NCBI GenBank assembly: GCA_050250895.1 | Contig: JBFWNU010000001.1 | Span: 3,680,149 to 3,744,148, forward strand | Direction of reading: 5' to 3' | Length of the DNA stretch: 64,000 nt | Source of the DNA: Vulcanimicrobiota bacterium | Lineage (GTDB): Bacteria > Vulcanimicrobiota > Xenobia > Xenobiales > JADMJV01 | Part shown: piece after piece, positions 11,081-21,267 of the stretch | Layout: each line of letters begins with the position of its first letter | Numbering within the stretch: position 1 is the stretch's first letter | Translations under genes and position numbers: made by a program | The notes under the pieces: model-generated | Told to the model about the DNA's origin: nothing | The model's input: only the letters and a program-made list of their open reading frames with translations | Databases searched by the model: none

Positions 11081-12975
11081 CGCGACCATGAGGCTTTGTT
11101 GAGCACGCCCGGGATCAGCAGTCGCATGTTGCTCCCGCTCACATCAATGGCGTACTCGCCGGTGTCTCCGTAGTCTCGAAAAGCAAGCTGGGTCCCGTCG
11201 GGCGACCAGATCGGGTCGTCGGGTAGCAGCGGCAGGCTGAGATCGTTGGAAGCCAGGACGGCCCGCGAGCTAAGGTCGACATCCAGGTAGCTGAGCGTGG
11301 GTCCGCCGGCGGAATCGCACACCAGCCGCGCTGGCGAGGTGGCGGTTGGGTGCCAGTCGGGGTCGTCGACTCCGGTTTTTAGGGTGGTAAAGCCGGTGCC
11401 GTCGATGCGCACGGCGTAGACGTTCTGGGTGTGACCGAAGGCTAGAGTCTGGCCGTCGGGGGCGCAACTGATTTTGTTGTCGATGTCGCCGGCGGCTACC
11501 GGGCCATAGATGGCACCGTCGGTAGTTCCGTCAAACGAGCGCCAGCAGAGCATCTTGGTCCCCCCCGTTTCGTGCCAGTAGGCAAAGCCGGCGCCGGTGG
11601 GTGAAAAGCAGGGGCCCATCTCGCAGCCCGGCAGGTTCGTCAGCTGTTTGAGCCCCGAACCGTCGAGGTTCATTCGATAGATGTTACAGGTGCCACCGTT
11701 GCGGTCCGAGACGAACAAGATCGTGCTGCCGTCGGGAGATAACCGGGGCTGGTAGTCGTAGGCCGGGTGTTGGGTCAGGTTGACGCGACCTTGCCCATCA
11801 GCGTCGGCTCGGTAGATCTCGCCATTGGCTTCATAGACCAGCTTCTCTTCAGGCACCACCGTCAGGGTCACCAGAGCCGAGCCGCTGGCGGTAGTGGTTT
11901 GATGAGCACGATCGCTGACCGTGGCCTCGAGTTCAAATACATCGCCAGGTGAGGACGAGGCCGGCGGCTTCCATTCGCCCTGACCGACCCATTGGCCCAG
12001 GCTAGCATCGTAGTGCATACGGGTCTGGCCATCGGCCGAAAAGACGCCGACGGTGGTGGCCGCGCCGGCCGTCTGGCGGGCCTGCCAACTGCAGAATAGC
12101 TCTTCGCCCGCATCGTCATCGGTGGCATAGATACGCACGCTAAGGTGAGCGTTCTTACGCACCAGCGTGTCGATGCCGGGGGGGGTGGAGCCAGGGGGGG
12201 GAAGGGGGCTGGCCCCAACCTCGGCGATGACGGGCGCATTGGTGCCGGCGCTCGTGATGGGAGGAGGGGAGGGGCTCGAGGACACGACCAGAGGACTCTC
12301 TGTCTGCTGTACTCCGGTGGCGGAGAGGATGCCCGAGCGGCTGCTGATCGCTCCGCCGGGCTCGATGGTGATGGTGAAGGGGCGGCTGGCCGCGGTCAGG
12401 GCGGCGTAGGCCGGGGTGGTGCTGACCGGTGCCGTGCCGCCGGGCGCGGCGCTGACCCCATAGCTCACACCGCTGGCCACCACCAGGTGCCAGGCCCCGT
12501 CGAATAGGACCAGGCCGTTGCTGACCACGCTGCCAGCGGGAGTAAAGACCAGGGTGGGGTCGGTGGGTCGGGGGGCGTTCCAGCCATCGAGGTCGAGTGC
12601 GGGCGTCTCGGGAGGGTCGACGGTGTTGGTGGCGGGGGCCGTCAGCGGCCAGTGACCGAGGTACACGCACACCTGGCGGTCGTCAGAGAGGCGTGCCTGG
12701 CGGGTGACGGCCGGACGCGTTTCACCCAACAGTTGGTAGCACCACTGGCTGTGCGCCTCGCCAGGATTGACCGGAAAGGCAATCGCCACCGGCCGCTGCT
12801 CGGCGATGGCTCGCTCTCGGGCCGCAATCAATTCGGCCACCAGCGCCTCGGTGGCTGCCCGGCTGCCGGCGCTGGTCCGGTTGCCCCGCAAGTTGACCGC
12901 GCCATAGGCGAACAACAGAGTGAGTAAGAGCAAGGCCACCAAGAGTTCGGCGATGGTCACTCCGCGGCGCTTCAT
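11077..12975 (-). CDS. Prepilin-type (FimT/GspH-like) protein with C-terminal TolB/PD40 beta-propeller
   Basis: MKRRG|VTIAE; repeats PRLSPDG, PCFSPTG, PIWSPDG. Confidence 0.75.
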   Translation of the reverse strand: MKRRGVTIAELLVALLLLTLLFAYGAVNLRGNRTSAGSRAATEALVAELIAARERAIAEQRPVAIAFPVNPGEAHSQWCYQLLGETRPAVTRQARLSDDRQVCVYLGHWPLTAPATNTVDPPETPALDLDGWNAPRPTDPTLVFTPAGSVVSNGLVLFDGAWHLVVASGVSYGVSAAPGGTAPVSTTPAYAALTAASRPFTITIEPGGAISSRSGILSATGVQQTESPLVVSSSPSPPPITSAGTNAPVIAEVGASPLPPPGSTPPGIDTLVRKNAHLSVRIYATDDDAGEELFCSWQARQTAGAATTVGVFSADGQTRMHYDASLGQWVGQGEWKPPASSSPGDVFELEATVSDRAHQTTTASGSALVTLTVVPEEKLVYEANGEIYRADADGQGRVNLTQHPAYDYQPRLSPDGSTILFVSDRNGGTCNIYRMNLDGSGLKQLTNLPGCEMGPCFSPTGAGFAYWHETGGTKMLCWRSFDGTTDGAIYGPVAAGDIDNKISCAPDGQTLAFGHTQNVYAVRIDGTGFTTLKTGVDDPDWHPTATSPARLVCDSAGGPTLSYLDVDLSSRAVLASNDLSLPLLPDDPIWSPDGTQLAFRDYGDTGEYAIDVSGSNMRLLIPGVLNKASWSR

Positions 12976-13520
12976 GGAGCCACCACCCGGTTGACGGTTT
13001 GGTCGAGGGTGCGCAAGTTGCCGTTGACGCGCACCGAGATTTGAAAGGCCAGCACTCTATCCGGGCTTTGCCACCGGCAAGAGAAGCCCTCTACGCCCTG
13101 GAGTAATACCTCTTCGCGAGTCACTCCGGCGGTCGTGTCGCGGCGGACCAAACCACGGGCATCGCTGAGAAAGGTCACTCGGCTGCGCCAATTTGCCTGA
13201 TAAGGACTCCAACTGCTGCCGGGGGGCAGAGGCGGCAGGGCCAGGCGGGGCGGACTCGAGGGAATCTGGTCAAGAGTGAGCACAGCGGTGGCGGCGCTGC
13301 TACCGGGCGCTGGCGAGACGACCTCGATCGCCTGCCGGAAGCCACATCGCACCCGTTCCGCCCCGAGGGTGAGGGCCTCCACCAGGGTGTCCTGGGCACC
13401 CACGGAACGACTCAACCGGGCATATTCAGAGGCGATGCCGGCCACCACGGCCAGAACGACGCCCACCAGCAAAAGAGAGATGATGGCCTCGATGAGAGAA
13501 AAACCCCGCACTCCACCCAT
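12972..13520 (-). CDS. PilW/GspJ-like prepilin protein
   Basis: RG|FSLIE motif plus TM. Confidence 0.75.
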   Translation of the reverse strand: MGGVRGFSLIEAIISLLLVGVVLAVVAGIASEYARLSRSVGAQDTLVEALTLGAERVRCGFRQAIEVVSPAPGSSAATAVLTLDQIPSSPPRLALPPLPPGSSWSPYQANWRSRVTFLSDARGLVRRDTTAGVTREEVLLQGVEGFSCRWQSPDRVLAFQISVRVNGNLRTLDQTVNRVVAP

Positions 13521-13572
13521 TCTTCTATCTTAGCAAAAAGTTGTCCGGCTTCCCCCCTGGGGTTCGGTTTGG

Positions 13573-13589
13573 GATACAGTTTCTATACA
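13573..13589 (+). promoter_or_regulatory. GATACA-N5-TATACA direct repeat, possible OmpR-family autoregulatory box
   Basis: 11-bp-period repeat 42 bp upstream of the response-regulator start. Confidence 0.45.
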
Positions 13590-13631
13590 TTTGCCGGCAT
13601 GTTTTGTGCAATCGTAACTCAGCATGGGACT

Positions 13632-14321
13632 ATGTCGTATCAGGCCCCGACAACGACAGGGCGCGTCCTGGTGGTTGAGGATGACCCCGACTTGAGCGAT
13701 TTTCTGTCGTCCTATCTGGGCGGTCACGGCTTCGAAGTGGTGCTTGCCGCGGACGGGTTTCAAGCTCTTGAATTGGCTGGCGGGGGGGTGGACCTGATTC
13801 TGCTCGATCTCAATCTGCCGGGGCCCGACGGCTTCGAGGTGATTCGCCGCGTGCGCGAATACTCGCCGGTTCCGATCATGATCGTGTCGGCTCGCAGCGA
13901 GGGCCCGGACCGGGTGACTGGACTCGAATTGGGGGCCGACGATTATCTGGTCAAGCCCTTTCTTCCCCGGGAGCTCCTGGCCCGGGCCCGAGCTCTGTTG
14001 CGACGGGCCCGGCTGCCGGCGACTCGTCGCACCCTCGACCCTCTGCTGGTCGAGCCCGAGGCGCGGCGGGTGTTGCTCGAGGGCCAACAGATCGATCTGA
14101 CCCCCCTCGAGTATTCCCTCCTGCGCGTCCTGGCTCTGGCTCCGGGCAAGAGCTTTTCGCGCGAGGAGCTACTTGAAGAGGTGTGGGGGCCGGGGGAGGC
14201 GACGGGAGACGTGCGCCGGGTCGATCTCTATATCAGTAAGCTGCGTTGCAAGCTGAGCCGCCCTGGCAAGCCGGCCCCCATCCAGTCCGTGTGGGGGGTC
14301 GGCTACCGATTCGAAGCCTGA
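13632..14321 (+). CDS. OmpR/PhoB-family response regulator
   Basis: VVEDD, LLDLNLP, GADDYLVKPF receiver; winged-helix end VWGVGYRF. Confidence 0.95.
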   Translation: MSYQAPTTTGRVLVVEDDPDLSDFLSSYLGGHGFEVVLAADGFQALELAGGGVDLILLDLNLPGPDGFEVIRRVREYSPVPIMIVSARSEGPDRVTGLELGADDYLVKPFLPRELLARARALLRRARLPATRRTLDPLLVEPEARRVLLEGQQIDLTPLEYSLLRVLALAPGKSFSREELLEEVWGPGEATGDVRRVDLYISKLRCKLSRPGKPAPIQSVWGVGYRFEA

Positions 14322-15688
14322 GCCCGGGCATCGCGACCACCTTCGCTTTGATGAGCCTGTCGCAGGCGGCTCTGTTCGTCTTGCTCTCGGCCTGGCTTTT
14401 CGAGGTCACCTACGGGCGCATCGAGCCCGGCCAGTGGCCCCGGCTGGTGGGGGCGCAAGTGCGCAATCTCGAAGCCGGCGCCCCGGTGGAAGAACTCCGC
14501 TGGCCGGCGGATTGCGATGTGGTGCTCTATGAGGAGGCCGGCTCCACGGTTGTTCACGGTCGGTGGTTTGCCCCCGACCCACGAGCCCTTGACCTGGCTC
14601 TCCACGGCGGGCGCAGCCATACGGTGTGGCCGGACCGGGTCGAGGCCTGGTGCCCCGTCCGTGATGCCCAGGGACGGACCGTAGGAGCCCTGGTGGCCTC
14701 CCTGCCCATCAGCGGTCACGGGATGGGCGGGATGCCTCCAGGGCGTCGAGCCCGAAAACGAGCCTCGGCCCTGGCCCTGATCGCCTGCCTGTTGTTGAGT
14801 TTCCCCATCTCGAGACTGCTGACCGCCCCGGTCTTGCGGTTGGTCAGAGCCATCGAGCGTCTGGATCTAGCCCGACTGGAAGAACGCGTTCCGGAAACAG
14901 GACCCCAGGAGTTGGTGGCGCTGGCCCGGGGCTTTAATCAGATGGCCGACCGACTAAAAGAGTCGGCCGAGAATCTGCACAGCGAAAAGGTGCGGGCCGA
15001 GCGACTCGAAGCCTCTCGTCGCGAGTTTTTGGCCGATGTCAGCCACAATCTGGGCACCCCGCTGGCGGCCATCCAGGGCTGGGCCAGTTCGGTGGCTGAC
15101 GGTTTGGTCAAAGACCCGGACGAAGCCCGCCGCCAGGTGCAAAGGATTCAACGGGAAGTCAGTTTCGTCTCGAGGATGGTCCGCCAATTGCTCGACCTGT
15201 GCCGCTGGGAGAGCGGAGCCCCCGAACTTCATCTGCAACGTTTTCGAGCCGTGGAACCCCTCATGGAGGCGGCCGAATCGCTGCAAGGTCCGGCTGAACT
15301 CCAGGATGTGAGTTTGCGGCTCGATGCCATCAATCCCCGCCTGATGGTTTGGGCCGACCGCAGCCGCACCCGCGAACTGTTCCAGATCTTTCTCGAGAAC
15401 TGCGTCAAACACGCCGGGCCCAGCGCCACCATCGTGGTCTCGATGCGTCCCGAGGGGGAACGGCTGAAAATTCGCGTGGAAGACGACGGCCTGGGTATTC
15501 CCAGCAGTTGCCTGGAGCGGGTGAAGGAACGCTACAGCACCCGTAGCGGACGCGGCTCGGGCCTGGGTTTGGCCATTGCCGACCGACTGGTGCAGGGTCA
15601 TGGGGGGCGTCTCGAACTGAGCAGTCCTCCGGGAGGCGGAACCGTCATCGAGTTCAGTCTTCCATTGGCCAGGGAGGTCGACCCCTGA
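14291..15688 (+). CDS. HAMP-domain sensor histidine kinase (start uncertain)
   Basis: Two TMs, HAMP, DVSHNLGTPL H-box, ENCVKH N-box, DDGLG and GSGLGL G-boxes. Confidence 0.9.
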   Translation: MGGRLPIRSLSPGIATTFALMSLSQAALFVLLSAWLFEVTYGRIEPGQWPRLVGAQVRNLEAGAPVEELRWPADCDVVLYEEAGSTVVHGRWFAPDPRALDLALHGGRSHTVWPDRVEAWCPVRDAQGRTVGALVASLPISGHGMGGMPPGRRARKRASALALIACLLLSFPISRLLTAPVLRLVRAIERLDLARLEERVPETGPQELVALARGFNQMADRLKESAENLHSEKVRAERLEASRREFLADVSHNLGTPLAAIQGWASSVADGLVKDPDEARRQVQRIQREVSFVSRMVRQLLDLCRWESGAPELHLQRFRAVEPLMEAAESLQGPAELQDVSLRLDAINPRLMVWADRSRTRELFQIFLENCVKHAGPSATIVVSMRPEGERLKIRVEDDGLGIPSSCLERVKERYSTRSGRGSGLGLAIADRLVQGHGGRLELSSPPGGGTVIEFSLPLAREVDP

Positions 15689-15708
15689 CCGGCGGCCAAG
15701 CTAGCCTG

Positions 15709-16836
15709 ATGCGACGCCTGCTGCTTTTGCTCCTGGTATTGTCCGTGCCCGTCTGGGCCCGCTACGCCGTTCCCGCCATGGAACCTGTGCCGGTAAAGCG
15801 GTTGGTGACCAATCTCGAGAAGCGAGTGAAGGCTCATCCCGACGACGGACAGGCTCACTATGCTCTGGCCCGGGTTCACTCCATGGCTTACGCCTACCGG
15901 TCGACCTCGGTCGAGGTCGAGAAAGACACGCGGGGGGACGTTCCGGGCTTCGCTCGTGCCCACGAGCCGCCGGTGGACGTCCAGCGGGTAGACCAACTCA
16001 CTTCGGCCCAGGCACTCAAGCACCTCGAGCGGGCCATCGTGCACTATCGCAAGGCAGTGGCCCTCTTGCCCGATCAACTGACGGCCAGGCTGGGGCTGGC
16101 CTGGTGTCTCGAGCAAGCCGGTCGCAAGCAACAGGCCATCGACGAGTATCGCAGAGTCTTCGAAGCTGCCTACGGCAAGGAGCACGAGCGCTATTTCGGC
16201 CAGAGCCTGACCATCGAGACGGGCGGCTATCTTATCCCTCTGCTCGACCCGAAGAAAGACGCTGCCGAGGTAGCCGCCCTCAAGCAGAAGATGGGAGTGG
16301 TCCAGAACGCCCCTCGGGCCGTGACTCCGATCCTGATCGGCCTTGAGGGCGAAGGTCTCGAGGAACTGACCCAGCCCGCTGCTCGGGTGGCCTTCGACCT
16401 CGACGGGACCGGGTTGCCTCAGCAGTGGCCCTGGATTACCCCCCGAGCCGCCTGGCTGGTCTACGACCCGGCCCGCACCGGCGCCATCCACACGGGTCTG
16501 CAGCTCTTTGGCAGCGTCACCTTCTGGGTGGCCTGGGACAATGGCTATCAGGCCCTGGCCGCCCTCGACGACAACCTGGACGGGTGCCTGGAAGGTGACG
16601 AACTGCAAGGCCTGGCCCTCTGGCGAGACACCAACGGTGACGGGCTCAGCCAGCCGGGCGAAGTGAATCCGCTGGCCTATTACGGCGTCCGGGCCCTGTT
16701 CACTGACTGGCAGGTCCACCCCACCGGCATCCCCTACGCCCCGGGCGGGGTCCTCTGGCAAGACGGCCGCCGCACTCCCAGCTTTGACTGGATTGTCGAG
16801 GCTCGCATGCCTGGCTCGGAAAGGATGACGCGATGA
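15709..16836 (+). CDS. Exported TPR protein with C-terminal Ca-binding (DxDGxG) repeat domain
   Basis: Signal peptide, TPR helices, FDLDGTG, LDDNLDG, WRDTNGDG motifs. Confidence 0.7.
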   Translation: MRRLLLLLLVLSVPVWARYAVPAMEPVPVKRLVTNLEKRVKAHPDDGQAHYALARVHSMAYAYRSTSVEVEKDTRGDVPGFARAHEPPVDVQRVDQLTSAQALKHLERAIVHYRKAVALLPDQLTARLGLAWCLEQAGRKQQAIDEYRRVFEAAYGKEHERYFGQSLTIETGGYLIPLLDPKKDAAEVAALKQKMGVVQNAPRAVTPILIGLEGEGLEELTQPAARVAFDLDGTGLPQQWPWITPRAAWLVYDPARTGAIHTGLQLFGSVTFWVAWDNGYQALAALDDNLDGCLEGDELQGLALWRDTNGDGLSQPGEVNPLAYYGVRALFTDWQVHPTGIPYAPGGVLWQDGRRTPSFDWIVEARMPGSERMTR

Positions 16837-17093
16837 CCGAACAAGAGGCTACTCGCTTGGCCCAGGAGCACCTCAAGACCGACCGCCGGCCGCGCCAGGC
16901 CAGCCTGCGCGAACATGGCGACCGGCAACTGTGGCAGGTCTCTTTCGCGGGCGACGGCCAACCCCCCCAGGTAGTCACCATCGACGCCCAGGAAGGCAAG
17001 GTCCTCCAGGTCTTCGAGCCTCTCAAGATCCAACCCACCGCGCCCATCATGGACATCATCACCACCTTCGAGCCCGAGACCTACCTGGAATAG
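16833..17093 (+). CDS. Small PepSY-like hypothetical protein
   Basis: ATGA coupling; W.V.F...V.IDAQEGKV PepSY-like pattern. Confidence 0.55.
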   Translation: MTEQEATRLAQEHLKTDRRPRQASLREHGDRQLWQVSFAGDGQPPQVVTIDAQEGKVLQVFEPLKIQPTAPIMDIITTFEPETYLE

Positions 17094-19230
17094 CCGGGCT
17101 TGGCGAGTACGGCGCTCCACGGCGCCGGACGCCCGGCCTTGGCCTGGGCCTGGCGAGTACGGCACCACCTGGTGACGAATTCGGCGCTCCCCAGCGCCGT
17201 ACGCCCGGCTTGGCCTGGGCTTGGCCTGGCCTTGGCGAGTACGGCACCACCTGGTGCCGAATTCGGCGCTCCACAGCGCCGTACGCCCGGCCTTGGCCTG
17301 GGCCTGGCGAGTGCGGCACCACCTGGTGCCGAATTCGGCGCTACCCAGCGCCGTACGCCCGGCCTCACCTGGGCTTGGCGAGTACGGCGCCACCTGGTGC
17401 CGAATTCGGCGCTCCCCAGCGCCGTACGCCCGGCCTTGGCCTGGGCTTGGCGAGTACGGCGCTCCACGGCGCCGTACGCCCGGCCTTGGCCTGGGCCTGG
17501 CGAGTACGGCACCACCTGGTGCCGAATTCGGCGCTACCCAGCGCCGTACGCCCGGCCCGCCCTGGCCTTGGCGAGTACGGCGCCACCTGGTGCCGAATTC
17601 GGCGCTACCCAGCGCCGTACGCCCGGCCCGCCCTGGGCTTGGCGAGTACGGCGCCACCTGGTGCCGAATTCGGCGCTACCCAGCGCCGTACGCCCGGCCC
17701 GCCCTGGGCTTGGCGAGTGCGGCACCACCTGGTGCCGAATTCGGCGCTCCCCAGCGCCGTACGCTCGGCCTTGGCCTGGGCTTGGCGAGTACGGCGCCAC
17801 CTGGTGCCGAATTCGGCGCTCCCCAGCGCCGTACGCCCGGCCTTGGCCTGGGCTTGGCGAGTACGGCGCTCCACGGCGCCGTACGCCCGGCCTTGGCCTG
17901 GGCCTGGCGAGTACGGCACCACCTGGTGCCGAATTCGGCGCTACCCAGCGCCGTACGCCCGGCCCGCCCTGGCCTTGGCGAGTACGGCGCCACCTGGTGC
18001 CGAATTCGGCGCTACCCAGCGCCGTACGCCCGGCCCGCCCTGGCCTTGGCGAGTACGGCGCCACCTGGTGCCGAATTCGGCGCTACCCAGCGCCGTACGC
18101 CCGGCCCGCCCTGGGCCTGGCGAGTACGGCACCACCTGGTGCCGAATTCGGCGCTCCACAGCGCCGTACGCCCGGCCTTGGCCTGGGCCTGGCGAGTACG
18201 GCACCACCTGGTGCCGAATTCGGCGCTCCACAGCGCCGTACGCCCGGCCTTGGCCGGGGCCTGGCGAGTACGGCACCACCTGGTGCCGAATTCGGCGCTA
18301 CCCAGCGCCGTACGCCCGGCCTTGGCCTGGGCCTGGCGAGTACGGCGCCACCCGGTACCGAATTCGGCGCTACCCAGCGCCGTACGCCCGGCCCGCCCTG
18401 GGCCTGGCGAGTACGGCACCACCCGGTACCGAATTCGGCGCTACCCAGCGCCGTACGCCGGCCCGCCCTGGGCCTGGCGAGTACGGCACCACCTGGTGCC
18501 GAATTCGGCGCTACCCAGCGCCGTACGCCCGGCTTGGCCTGGGCTTGGCCTGGCCTTGGCGAGTACGGCGCCACCTGGTGCCGAATTCGGCGCTCCCCAG
18601 CGCCGTACGCTCGGCCTTGGCTGGGCTTGGCGAGTACGGCGCCACCTGGTGCCGAATTCGGCGCTCCACAGCGCCGTACGCCCCGCCCGCCCTGGGCTTG
18701 GCGAGTACGGCACCACCTGGTGCCGAATTCGGCGCTACCCAGCGCCGTACGCCCGGCCCGGCCTGGGCCTGGCGAGTACGGCGCCACCTGGTGCCGAATT
18801 CGGCGCTCCCCAGCGCCGTACGCTCGGCCTTGGCCTGGGCTTGGCGAGTACGGCGCCACCTGGTGCCGAATTTGGCGCTAACCAGCGCCGTACGCCCGGC
18901 CCGCCCTGGGCTTGGCGAGTACGGCGCCACCTGGGCCGAATTCGGCGCTAACCAGCGCCGTACGCCCGGCCTTGGCCTGGGCCTGGCGAGTACGGCACCA
19001 CCTGGTGCCGAATTCGGCGCTATCCAGCGCCGTACGCCCGGCCTTGGCCTGGGCTTGGCGAGTACGGCACCACCTGGTGCCGAATTCGGCGCTACCCAGC
19101 GCCGTACGCCCGGCCCGCCCTCGGCCTGGCGAGTACGGCGCTACCTGGTGCCGATTCGGCGCTACCCAGCGCCGTACGCCCGGCCCGCCCTGGGCTTGGC
19201 GAGTACGGCGCTACCCAGCGCCGTACAGCC
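17094..19230 (+). repeat. Tandem array (~31 units, mostly 71-72 bp) of a REP-like double-hairpin repeat
   Basis: Consensus GGCGAGTACGGCRCCACCTGGTGCCGAATTCGGCGCTMCCCAGCGCCGTACGCCCGG plus linker; about 27 full units counted by the central GAATTC and 4 short units. Confidence 0.97.
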
Positions 19231-19257
19231 CGGGAGATCCGGGAGCCTGGTTCTCAG

Positions 19258-19274
19258 GTTACAATTCTGTAAAG
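19258..19274 (+). promoter_or_regulatory. Direct-repeat box GTTACA-N5-GTAAAG
   Basis: Weakest member of the recurring 11-bp-period motif; TAAACT -10-like hexamer 52 bp downstream. Confidence 0.4.
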
Positions 19275-19361
19275 AATGGCGGGTGCCCAAACGGCACGAT
19301 ACAAAGTTCAGCAAAAGAGACCCGGCTAAACTGACCATAGTTTATGAAGGAGTCTTAACAA

Positions 19362-19793
19362 ATGAACGTAACCGCTCTCAAATCCTACAAATCCTACAGC
19401 CTCCCCTCCAATGCTCAGACTCCTGGACCAGCTCCCGCCCCTTCAGAACCCACCACTCCCGTTGACAGCTGGCGCACCTCGACCCCGGCGCAGTCGGGGG
19501 TCTGGACCGCCGCCATGTTGGGCTCGGCCGCTCTCGGCGCCGTAGCCGGCCCCAAATACGGTATGCTCGGTGGCGCGGCCATTGGGGCCGTGGCCGGCTT
19601 TGCGACCTGCCGTCAGGACCGTGGGATCGGCGCCAAGCTGGGCGCCGCTTTCCTGGGTGCTGGTTTCGCTCACGCCGCCGGCATCATCGGGTCGGCCTCG
19701 ATGATCGGCGGCGGCGCGATTTCGGCCGTGGCCGGTGTGGGCACCGGCTGGGCTATGGCCAAGGCCAACACCCTGCCCGAATCGCAGATCTAG
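19362..19793 (+). CDS. Hypothetical glycine-zipper membrane protein with Pro/Ser-rich N-terminus
   Basis: AAGGAG RBS; GxxxGxxxG hydrophobic helices; no Sec signal. Confidence 0.7.
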   Translation: MNVTALKSYKSYSLPSNAQTPGPAPAPSEPTTPVDSWRTSTPAQSGVWTAAMLGSAALGAVAGPKYGMLGGAAIGAVAGFATCRQDRGIGAKLGAAFLGAGFAHAAGIIGSASMIGGGAISAVAGVGTGWAMAKANTLPESQI

Positions 19794-19878
19794 AATCCGC
19801 TTCCCTGACCAGGGCTCCGGGCCGTCGGCTCGGGGCCCTTCCAGGTTTTCAGAGGGTCTCAAGCGAACTACCAGGGGA

Positions 19879-21267
19879 ATGGCGGCCATTCCCAATCACC
19901 CGATCGGCAGACTGAACCCGGCTCCCCCGGTGAGACCGGCTGTCGCCCGTGGCGACCAGCAGGCGCCGTTGGTGGGACTGCCCACCCCGACCCCTCGCGA
20001 GTCGGTCGAGCTGGGGCCCGCGCCCCCGCCTGAGCCGATAGCCCTCGAGGCTGCTCCGGCGCCGGTCGCCCCCCCCCCGACCGAGCCGGTCCCGACCACC
20101 CTATCGTTTGAGGATGGAGCCATCGGGTCTCATCTCCTCTCGGCCTCGTCGCAGCCGGCCAAGGCCGACCTCATCGGCGACTCGGGCAGCGATCTTTCTC
20201 GCAACACGGTCGGCTGGGCGGGTGAACCGAGTGACTCGGCTCCTTTCGACCAATCCCATCGCCGCCTGGTGGCCCGGGGCATGGCCTTGATGGACCAGAT
20301 TGCGCCCGGTTTTCGCCAGCGCCTCGATCAGCTCGTCTCGGAACACCCCGACCCTGCCCTCAAGCTGCGGGGAGACCAATTGCTGGACGAGCAGAATCGT
20401 ATCTACGCTGATAATGGACGCGTTTTGAACGTGCCGGCCGAGCACCTCTCGCCGGCCGACGCGGCCAAGCAAAAGCAGCTCAACGAGCGACTTGGCCAGA
20501 TTGACAAGGAGTGGACCCGGGTCGATGACCAGGAGCACGAACTCAAACGCCAGAACCGTGAGCCGGCCAAAGACCTGGCGGCTGCTTTCTTGAGTCGCCT
20601 GCGCGACAACGCCACTGTTCGCAACGCGGGAGCCTCGGTCACCTTTACTCGCGAGGCCCTGGCCAAGCTCGAAGAGCGGGGCATCAAGCCCGACCAGGTT
20701 CGGGCCTGGGTCAATGAGTTTCACCACCAGACCGGGCTGCCCATGCCCGACAAGCTTGAGTTCCGTTACGAGGCGAAGCGGCCGTATTATCGGTTACAGG
20801 GTGACTACGTCAATCTCGGTGACCCGATGGATAAACGCCTGACGGCGCCTGATGCCAGGCCGCTCGAGCCCGAAGCGCGGCAGCGACTGCAGGAGCAAGA
20901 CCTCAAGCGATTGGTGTTGCACGAGGTGGCTCACCGGGCCGAGTATCGCAATCCCACCGTCGGCATCGCCAACAAGAGCTGGGTGCGGGCTCGGGCTGAA
21001 AGTGCCGGCAACTCGACCACCGACCCTACGCCTCTGGACCAACTGGTGCCCAAGGGCGATTACGAGAAGGGCGAAGTCGCTCTCGAGGACCACTTCATCA
21101 ATCCTTATGCCGGCAAGGTGTATCCGGACTCGGCTACCGAGGTTCTCTCGCTGGGGCTCGAGCACTTCAGTAGCCCCGACCGGATGTTGCAGCTCTACCG
21201 CCGCGACCCTGAGCACTTCTTCCTGACGCTGGGCTCGATAGAGACCCTCAAGAAAGACGGCTGGTGA
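19879..21267 (+). CDS. Zincin-like metallopeptidase (toxin-like) with Pro-rich N-terminus
   Basis: LHEVAH (HExxH) followed by YAGKVY...TEVLSLG; coiled-coil middle; no signal peptide. Confidence 0.65.
   Translation: MAAIPNHPIGRLNPAPPVRPAVARGDQQAPLVGLPTPTPRESVELGPAPPPEPIALEAAPAPVAPPPTEPVPTTLSFEDGAIGSHLLSASSQPAKADLIGDSGSDLSRNTVGWAGEPSDSAPFDQSHRRLVARGMALMDQIAPGFRQRLDQLVSEHPDPALKLRGDQLLDEQNRIYADNGRVLNVPAEHLSPADAAKQKQLNERLGQIDKEWTRVDDQEHELKRQNREPAKDLAAAFLSRLRDNATVRNAGASVTFTREALAKLEERGIKPDQVRAWVNEFHHQTGLPMPDKLEFRYEAKRPYYRLQGDYVNLGDPMDKRLTAPDARPLEPEARQRLQEQDLKRLVLHEVAHRAEYRNPTVGIANKSWVRARAESAGNSTTDPTPLDQLVPKGDYEKGEVALEDHFINPYAGKVYPDSATEVLSLGLEHFSSPDRMLQLYRRDPEHFFLTLGSIETLKKDGW

Noticed and set aside
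19255-19340. Sigma28 (FliA) promoters upstream of the effector-like genes
   Set aside because: TAAA/GCCGAT-like elements are not at the 15-bp spacing; the direct-repeat plus TAnnnT model fits better
16931-19465. 844-aa and other long ORFs across repeat array 1
   Set aside because: The repeat lacks stop codons on one strand, and 71/72-bp units shift frame, so the same peptides appear in all frames; non-coding artefact
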